Shown: piece by piece, positions 57,928-64,000 of the stretch | Layout of the letters: every line of letters starts with the position of its first letter | Numbering within the stretch: the stretch's first letter is position 1 | Assembly (NCBI GenBank): GCA_963665235.2 | Contig: CAXXLX010000002.1 | Location: 608,001 to 672,000, forward strand | Origin: Candidatus Poribacteria bacterium | Lineage (GTDB): Bacteria; Poribacteria; WGA-4E; WGA-3G | Reading direction: 5' to 3' | Length of the DNA stretch: 64,000 nucleotides | Program-made: the position numbers and the translations under genes | The notes under the pieces: model-generated | Databases searched by the model: none | Told to the model about the DNA's origin: nothing | Seen by the model: the letters and a program-made list of their open reading frames with translations, nothing else

Positions 57928-59910
57928 ATGCCGAATGCCTTATTTGTTTACCCGAAGTTTCCGCCATCTTATTGGGGTTTTCAGTATGCCTTAGAATTTG
58001 TCGGGAAAAAATCGTCAATGCCCCCGCTTGGATTATTGACCGTTGCGGGGATGTTTCCAAAGAATTACGCGCTAAAAGTCGTTGATATGAACATTGAACC
58101 ACTGACAGATACGGATTTAAACTGGGCAGATGTCGTGTTCACTTCAACAATGATTGTTCAGAAAGAATCGCTTTATCAGGTCGTTGAACGTTGTAATCGC
58201 GCAGGGGTACCTATCGTAGCAGGCGGCCCACATCCTACCTCTTACCACGATAACATTCGAGAAGAGACCGATGGTACGGTGGACCACTTTCTTTTTGGTG
58301 AAGTTGAGGAAATCTTTGAGGAGTTTCTGACAGATTTTGAGAGCGGGAGCGCCAAGGATGTCTACCGTGAGAAGCGGAAACCGGATATCACCCAAGCCCC
58401 CTTACCGCGCTATGACCTCATCAATATCGACGCTTACGGTTCTATGGCACTTCAATTTTCTCGGGGGTGTCCATTCAATTGTGAATTCTGCGATATAACG
58501 AAGCTGTTCGGACGGGTGCCGCGCACCAAAAGCAACGAGCAGATGCTTGCCGAGTTTGAGATGCTTTATAAGCTCGGTTGGCAGGGTTCGATGTTTGTCG
58601 TTGATGATAACTTTATCGGCAATAAGCGCGATGCAATGCGACTGCTGCCCGCTGTCACCGAATGGCAGGAGGAACGCAATTATCCCTTCTCCCTCTATAC
58701 CGAAGCGAGTGTGAACCTCGTCGAAATTCCGGACATGCTTGATGCGATGAGCGAAGCCGGCTTTAACATGGTCTTCCTCGGCATTGAGAGTCCGAATGAT
58801 ACCGCGCTTCTCGGCACCTCTAAGGGACAAAATACAAGCAAAGAGGAGGAAGCTAGCAGCTATCTGCTCCGCGCTATCAGAACAATTCAGAGCAAGGGGA
58901 TAGAGGTCACAGGCGGGTTTATTATCGGGCTTGATGGCGATACGGAGTTCGATTCGCATATCAACTTTATTCAGGAAGCAGGCATACCGATGGCGATGGC
59001 CGGGTTGCTAACCGCTTTGAAGGAGACGGACCTCTGGCACCGCTTAAAGCAAGAGGATCGGTTGCTTGTAGAATCAAGTGGCAATAACACCGACATGAGT
59101 CTGAATTTTGTACCAGAAATGCCGCGCGAGCAGCTCATTGCGGAATATCGCCGCGTCGTTTCAACACTGTATGACCCGACTCTGAAAAACTACTTTGAAA
59201 GATGTTTGACCTTACTTGAGCACATGCCGTACACCTCACATAACGTTAGAGCGATTGGGAAATCCGAGTTTATAGCCCTGCTGCGGTCGCTAAAACGGCA
59301 ACTTTTCTCTAGACAGGGACCGGCCTATGCACGCTACTTGATGAAGGTTTTCAAAGACCATCGCGTTATGCTACCAGAAGCCATCCGGCTCTCAATTATG
59401 GGGTATCACCTTGAGAAAATGACGCGGCACACTGACGCTGTTGAAGATTTCAGAAACTTCTTAGCCGCGGAGATGGATACGTTTAAAGAGAAGGTCGCGC
59501 AGGTCGCGCAGGTCCAAGAGGCCCGCATCAATGAAATCAATCGGTATGCTCACCAACTCTTCAAGCGTGTAAGGAATGAATATGAAGGAATTCACGAAGA
59601 TTTTCAGTATGCCGCACGGAATGCCTTCGCCGTTTTTCAGGACTCTTTCCTAAAGACGTATCTAGAAGCGGAGTTCAACGCTTTTAAAGAGGCAGTTAGC
59701 GCGTTTGCTAAAACACAAAGCGACCGCCTCTCCGAGGTACAAGTTTATGTCTCTAACCTCTATGAGCGGGTTCGCGCACAGCACGAACAACTTCACGAAG
59801 ACTTCATGCAGAACGTTCAGGAGACATTTGACGCTTTCCAGGAATCTGTCAGCCGGCATGTAGAGCAACTCTTCGGTTTTGTTCCTGACCCAATTCCGGA
59901 ACTGTCGTAG
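57928..59910 (+). CDS. B12-binding radical SAM protein (DUF4070-type) with duplicated helical C-terminal extension
   Basis: PPLGLLTVA, GGPHPT, SRGCPFNCEFC, DDNFIGN, GFIIGLDGD. Confidence 0.92.
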   Translation: MPNALFVYPKFPPSYWGFQYALEFVGKKSSMPPLGLLTVAGMFPKNYALKVVDMNIEPLTDTDLNWADVVFTSTMIVQKESLYQVVERCNRAGVPIVAGGPHPTSYHDNIREETDGTVDHFLFGEVEEIFEEFLTDFESGSAKDVYREKRKPDITQAPLPRYDLINIDAYGSMALQFSRGCPFNCEFCDITKLFGRVPRTKSNEQMLAEFEMLYKLGWQGSMFVVDDNFIGNKRDAMRLLPAVTEWQEERNYPFSLYTEASVNLVEIPDMLDAMSEAGFNMVFLGIESPNDTALLGTSKGQNTSKEEEASSYLLRAIRTIQSKGIEVTGGFIIGLDGDTEFDSHINFIQEAGIPMAMAGLLTALKETDLWHRLKQEDRLLVESSGNNTDMSLNFVPEMPREQLIAEYRRVVSTLYDPTLKNYFERCLTLLEHMPYTSHNVRAIGKSEFIALLRSLKRQLFSRQGPAYARYLMKVFKDHRVMLPEAIRLSIMGYHLEKMTRHTDAVEDFRNFLAAEMDTFKEKVAQVAQVQEARINEINRYAHQLFKRVRNEYEGIHEDFQYAARNAFAVFQDSFLKTYLEAEFNAFKEAVSAFAKTQSDRLSEVQVYVSNLYERVRAQHEQLHEDFMQNVQETFDAFQESVSRHVEQLFGFVPDPIPELS

Positions 59911-59985
59911 TACCTGATGTAGGTTTGGATAATTTGGCCGTGCTAGATAGTTTGTGATGAGCCCATTTTAGAGGTTTTAACACTC

Positions 59986-60026
59986 CCCGTCAAATCCCCA
60001 TGCTTTAGCTTGTGGGATTCAGACGG
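59986..60026. repeat. IS200/IS605-type end hairpin remnant
   Basis: CCGTCAAATCCCCATGCTTTAGCTTGTGGGATTCAGACGG. Confidence 0.5.
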
Positions 60027-60066
60027 CTAAGGGTGTTATTGAATATTCGGAATTCAGGAAGATACC

Positions 60067-60336
60067 ATGACAACCTATATTGTTACCTTCGAAGTCCCCG
60101 ATGCTTCCAGAAAGAGTGTTCTTAAAGAGAACCTCAAACGATATAACACCTATTGCCCCATTCATGATAATTGTTGGGCTATTCTCTCCGATCAGACACC
60201 TTCTCAAATTCGAGATTCTTTAGCAGGGGTACTGTCAGAATCAGATCGAATATTCGTTATTCGGTCTGGAACATACGCTGCGTGGAAAAACCCCTATGGT
60301 CTCGAAAATAGTGAATGGTTAAAGGAAAAACTGTAA
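60067..60336 (+). CDS. Small ferredoxin-fold protein, stand-alone Cas2/VapD-like
   Basis: YIVTFEV...L...Y...I....WAI......QIRD.L......DRIFVI......AW.......WLK pattern; 89 aa. Confidence 0.6.
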   Translation: MTTYIVTFEVPDASRKSVLKENLKRYNTYCPIHDNCWAILSDQTPSQIRDSLAGVLSESDRIFVIRSGTYAAWKNPYGLENSEWLKEKL

Positions 60337-60337
60337 A

Positions 60338-60760
60338 ATGATGGATTCTAATTCCCCCCGCAGCGATGAAATGCCCCGCATAAAACGTGGCAGAGTTGAT
60401 TCTGTCAACTTGTATGAAGTCAAAGAGCATGAATTAGAGGCACTAGAAAAGGGCCAGGTCGGAACACTCCAATTGAATTTAGCAATTTTTCTATTTTCAA
60501 TAGCGTTCACGTGTATAGCTGCTTTAGCAACCGCTGATTTTAGGTGGAAAATCGCGGAAACGATTTTTATTTTTATCATTGTAGTAGGTACCCTATTAGG
60601 TATATGTCTTATACTTATCTGGTGGCGGACTAAGGTATCAATTACGAAAGTAGTATCAACAATCAGAAATAGGATAGATGCTGCTCTTATACCAGTTCAA
60701 ACGCAGGAAGAATCTGAGAATCAGCCCAAAGAATCGGACGATGAGACACCTAATGGTTAA
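60338..60760 (+). CDS. 2-TM membrane protein coupled to the upstream gene
   Basis: ATG follows the upstream stop after a 1-nt gap; two hydrophobic helices. Confidence 0.75.
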   Translation: MMDSNSPRSDEMPRIKRGRVDSVNLYEVKEHELEALEKGQVGTLQLNLAIFLFSIAFTCIAALATADFRWKIAETIFIFIIVVGTLLGICLILIWWRTKVSITKVVSTIRNRIDAALIPVQTQEESENQPKESDDETPNG

Positions 60761-60928
60761 GCCCTCAAAACAGAAGAACTCACTATACCAAAACAAAATT
60801 TCGCAGAACCGTCTCCTTTTCTAATCTGAATCGAAGCACACCTACAAACGGTGAGGTCCCGTATAGACGCTAAATTGACACTCATGTACGAAAACTTTAC
60901 ACACTTTTGATGGACACAACGAACTGCC

Positions 60929-62470
60929 ATGGTGCCTATTCAGATAGAGAACCTCCGTTTCACCTATCCGAGCCGGGAGACCCCCACACTTCGAGGCATC
61001 AGCACACATGTCGCCCCCGGTGACTTTGTGCTGCTAACTGGCCCAACAGGTTGTGGGAAGTCCACCTTGTTGCGGACGATGAACGGATTAATTCCGCATG
61101 CATCGGCAGGAACGTTCAGTGGAGCCGTACGGCTCAATTGCACAGCTGTCGCTTCGCAACCGCTTGCTGTGACGTGCAGGCACGTCTCGCTGCTCTTCCA
61201 AAATCCGGAGCAGCAACTCTTTTGTACACAGGTAGAGGATGAAATTGCCTTTGGGCTTGAAAACTTGGGCTTTCCCCCCGCGGAAATTGAGAAGCGGATT
61301 ACTACTGCACTGAAACAGGTAGGATTATCTGGATTCCGGACGAGGCGAACCCGAACGCTCTCCGGCGGTGAAAAGCAGCGCGTGGCCCTCGCAGCCATCT
61401 GTGCAATGCAACCGCAGGTGCTCCTCCTCGATGAACCGACCAGCTATCTCGATTCCCAAGCAACGCAAGATATTCTCAACATCATCACACAACTCAACGC
61501 GGAAATGGGGATAACAGTTGTCTGGGCAACCCATCAAATTAGACAGGTGGTACCGTTGTGCAACCGCGTCTGGCTCATGCATGATGGACAACTCGTCCTA
61601 GATTTACCGAAGGCGGAAGCGTTTCGCGACCCTACCCCTTATCGCCGTTTAGGCGTACAGATTCCCTATGAGGATGTCCCTGAACCCTCCCGTGATGCAC
61701 GGACATTGGAGAAGCCTGCTGTCCCAGTGTCACATCCTCCCTCGCCGCGCAGGCCTCTTATCAGTCTCCGCTCGCTCAGTTTTAAGTATCCGAAAAATGA
61801 TAAAATGGCAGTCAACTCTGTCGCATCTACGGTAACCCGCGGTGAGGTGATAGCTGTCATGGGGGCAAACGGTTCCGGCAAAACAACGTTGCTGCATCTC
61901 ATGGCGGGCCTACTTCGTCCAACAGCGGGGGAGATTGTTATAGCAGGGAAAACCTTAAAACGCGTCAAGCTTCATCAATTGGCAGGAAAGGTCGGCATCG
62001 TTTTTCAAAACGCTGACCTTGTGTTGCAAGCGGAAACCGTTCGGGATGAGGTCGAATTTGGGCCTAAAAACCTGAAGGTGCCCCCGGAAACGCGCCAAAA
62101 ACGGGTGGATGAGACGCTCGAGCTATTCGCGTTAGCGGCATTTGCCGAAGAGACCCCATATTCACTTTCCCGTGGACAACGACAGCGCGTCGCAGTCGCC
62201 GCAAATGTTTCACTCCATCCTGACCTCCTGCTGCTTGATGAACCTACAACAGGTCAAGATGCACAGCACCTCGACCTGTTGATGGGTGAAGTTTGCAATA
62301 AAATTAAACAGGAGAATAAAAGCCTAATTTTCACGACGCATAACATGCAGCTCGCCTTGAAATATGCCGACCGTGTACTGCTGCTCCGTGACGGTGAATT
62401 AGTCTTTGATGGTGCCCCCGATACCGGTTTCGCAGATATGACGTTGCAGACAACAAAAACAGATAGCTGA
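60929..62470 (+). CDS. ECF transporter fused double ATPase (EcfA-A')
   Basis: Two ABC cassettes: GPTGCGKS/LSGGEKQR/LDEPT and GANGSGKT/LSRGQRQR/LDEPTTGQD. Confidence 0.93.
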   Translation: MVPIQIENLRFTYPSRETPTLRGISTHVAPGDFVLLTGPTGCGKSTLLRTMNGLIPHASAGTFSGAVRLNCTAVASQPLAVTCRHVSLLFQNPEQQLFCTQVEDEIAFGLENLGFPPAEIEKRITTALKQVGLSGFRTRRTRTLSGGEKQRVALAAICAMQPQVLLLDEPTSYLDSQATQDILNIITQLNAEMGITVVWATHQIRQVVPLCNRVWLMHDGQLVLDLPKAEAFRDPTPYRRLGVQIPYEDVPEPSRDARTLEKPAVPVSHPPSPRRPLISLRSLSFKYPKNDKMAVNSVASTVTRGEVIAVMGANGSGKTTLLHLMAGLLRPTAGEIVIAGKTLKRVKLHQLAGKVGIVFQNADLVLQAETVRDEVEFGPKNLKVPPETRQKRVDETLELFALAAFAEETPYSLSRGQRQRVAVAANVSLHPDLLLLDEPTTGQDAQHLDLLMGEVCNKIKQENKSLIFTTHNMQLALKYADRVLLLRDGELVFDGAPDTGFADMTLQTTKTDS

Positions 62471-62475
62471 GAAAG

Positions 62476-62659
62476 GCACAAACTGGAAGTTTATGCTACA
62501 ATAAAGCACACAAACTAAAAGTTTATGCTACAATAAAGCACACAAACTGGAAGTTTATGCTACAATAAAGCACACAAACTAGGAAGTTTATGCTACAATA
62601 AAGCACACAAACTGGAAGTTTATGCTACAATAAAGAGACATTTTCAATTAGAAATGGTA
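62476..62659. mobile_element. MITE family A copy 3 (partial, five 32-bp units, right TIR only)
   Basis: CACAAACTGGAAGTTTATGCTACAATAAAG x5, then GACATTTTCAATTAGAAATGGTA. Confidence 0.85.
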
Positions 62660-63508
62660 TCACTCTTGGAATCCCGCACAAAAATCCTCATAATGCTGAT
62701 AAGCGGTTGCCTCGTTATCCTACTGGATAGCCCAAGTGCCTTGCTTGCATGCTTCCTTGCAAGTCTCTTACTGAGTGTCTTGTCCAGGCCGACCTTACAT
62801 CAGATCCGGTTGCTTCTTATTTTTCTCTTTTTTACGACGTGGGGTTTACTTTACAGCCAGGCGATTTTCTATAACGAATTTCCGCGTACGGTGCTGCTAA
62901 CGCTTGTTCCTGCTGAGCTGCCGTTCATCGGTGAGGCGACTGGGGGCATCCGAATCTATCGAGAGGGGCTGTTTCATGGCATTGTCCAATCCCTCCGGTT
63001 CAACACAACGCTTGTCATCGGTTTTTTCATTGTCTGGAGCACACAACCGCGCGACCTCCTCCTCGCGTTAGTGAGGTTACGCGTGCCGGGCACGCTTGCC
63101 TTTATGGTGACAACCGCTTTACATTTTATTCCGATGATTGCGAACGAGACTGGTGCCGTGCTCCGTTCACAGCGGTTACGAGGGTTTCGCTATCTACAAT
63201 TCAACCTACGTGCTACTGTACGGGGTATTCTCAATAGTTTTCGCCCTATTTTGGCGGGTAATATTCGGCACGCGACCCACCTCGGTGCATCGGTTGAGAG
63301 TCGCGGCTTCTCTACGGACACGGTGAGGCATCGTACCGCATTGCGGACCTCGAAGATGGGCCCGTGGGATTTCAGTCTACTTGCGCTGTTATTTCTCTGC
63401 TTAATCGGCTTATGCTGTTTAAAGATTCTCTATTTCTGCTATGTCAACGGCATCTATTACCAATCGTGGTTGCGGGAAGTGTATACCTTTACCCGCGAGG
63501 TGCTGTGA
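62654..63508 (+). CDS. ecfT: ECF transporter transmembrane component EcfT
   Basis: SRTKI, ALHFIP, SQRLRG, ESRGF motifs. Confidence 0.88.
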   Translation: MVSLLESRTKILIMLISGCLVILLDSPSALLACFLASLLLSVLSRPTLHQIRLLLIFLFFTTWGLLYSQAIFYNEFPRTVLLTLVPAELPFIGEATGGIRIYREGLFHGIVQSLRFNTTLVIGFFIVWSTQPRDLLLALVRLRVPGTLAFMVTTALHFIPMIANETGAVLRSQRLRGFRYLQFNLRATVRGILNSFRPILAGNIRHATHLGASVESRGFSTDTVRHRTALRTSKMGPWDFSLLALLFLCLIGLCCLKILYFCYVNGIYYQSWLREVYTFTREVL

Positions 63509-63531
63509 GGCTTCGTGTAGTTTAGAATGGA

Positions 63532-63646
63532 CAGGACTTACGCAAATTTAAGACATATCCTCGTAGGGGCGAGGTCACCTCGCCCGCTAGGTCTTCCTTT
63601 AAAGCCCATTATCATAAGGACTTATCAACGCGCTGCGTAAGTCCTG
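63532..63646. mobile_element. 115-bp MITE with 13-bp TIRs, 5-bp TSD and an internal REP
   Basis: CAGGACTTACGCA / TGCGTAAGTCCTG flanked by ATGGA on both sides; internal GTAGGGGCGAGGTCACCTCGCCC. Confidence 0.85.
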
Positions 63647-63651
63647 ATGGA

Positions 63652-64000
63652 TTAACGGCCTACCTCCCAGGCCAAATGCTGTAGTTCTGGCCCGATGAGT
63701 TTTTCCCAAGCGAGCTGTACGGCAGCAGTGGAGCCGGGGGTAGAGATAACCACTTTTCCACGGTAGACTCCCGCCGTTGCGCGGGATAGCATCGCTGCTG
63801 CGCCAACCTGGTCATAACTGAACATCCGAAAAAGTTCTCCGAAGCCCGGTAACGTCTTTTCCAATTTGCGATTCAGAATATCAAACGTAGTGTCGCGCGG
63901 GGCAATACCGGTACCACCGTTAAATAGAATGACTTGTGCCTCGCTTTCCGCCATTTTATCCAAAACAGCGTCGACCTGGTCCGGTTCATCTTTAATAATC
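63652..64000 (-). CDS. moaB: Molybdenum cofactor biosynthesis protein MoaB/MogA (5' end outside window)
   Basis: [32 protein letters not shown]. Confidence 0.9.
   Translation of the reverse strand, partial: IIKDEPDQVDAVLDKMAESEAQVILFNGGTGIAPRDTTFDILNRKLEKTLPGFGELFRMFSYDQVGAAAMLSRATAGVYRGKVVISTPGSTAAVQLAWEKLIGPELQHLAWEVGR

Overview
Bacterial chromosomal window whose gene content and motifs (PhyH/HEAT, WD40, TPR, CRTAC1/FG-GAP, FGE-sulfatase, C-terminal PVEPxGKLATxWAxI[KR] tails) suggest Candidatus Poribacteria or a relative (inference). Main contents: metabolic enzymes, a TolC/MacA/ABC-ATPase efflux set lacking a permease, a beta-RFAP synthase, a sigma54 module (atypical enhancer-binding protein, palindromic enhancer array, -24/-12 promoter, DUF4234/DUF2752 membrane genes), NfuA, a sigma70 factor with a truncated tandem duplicate, a ~14 kb atypical type II secretion cluster (gspE-F-G-H-I-J-K, PilM/N-like fusion, M-like, elongated D), and ECF transporter genes. 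Candidate defence genes are an OLD-like ATPase-TOPRIM protein, a Schlafen/AlbA_2-HATPase-Ig-like protein and a Cas2-like + 2TM pair. Intergenic DNA is dense in nested MITEs carrying GTAG-type REP arrays; some MITE ends supply promoters, start codons or stop codons to host genes. Two secreted-protein genes with the conserved C-terminal tail have tandem promoters and long multi-hairpin leaders. No CRISPR array, tRNA or rRNA was seen. All family assignments come from motif recognition by eye, not database searches.
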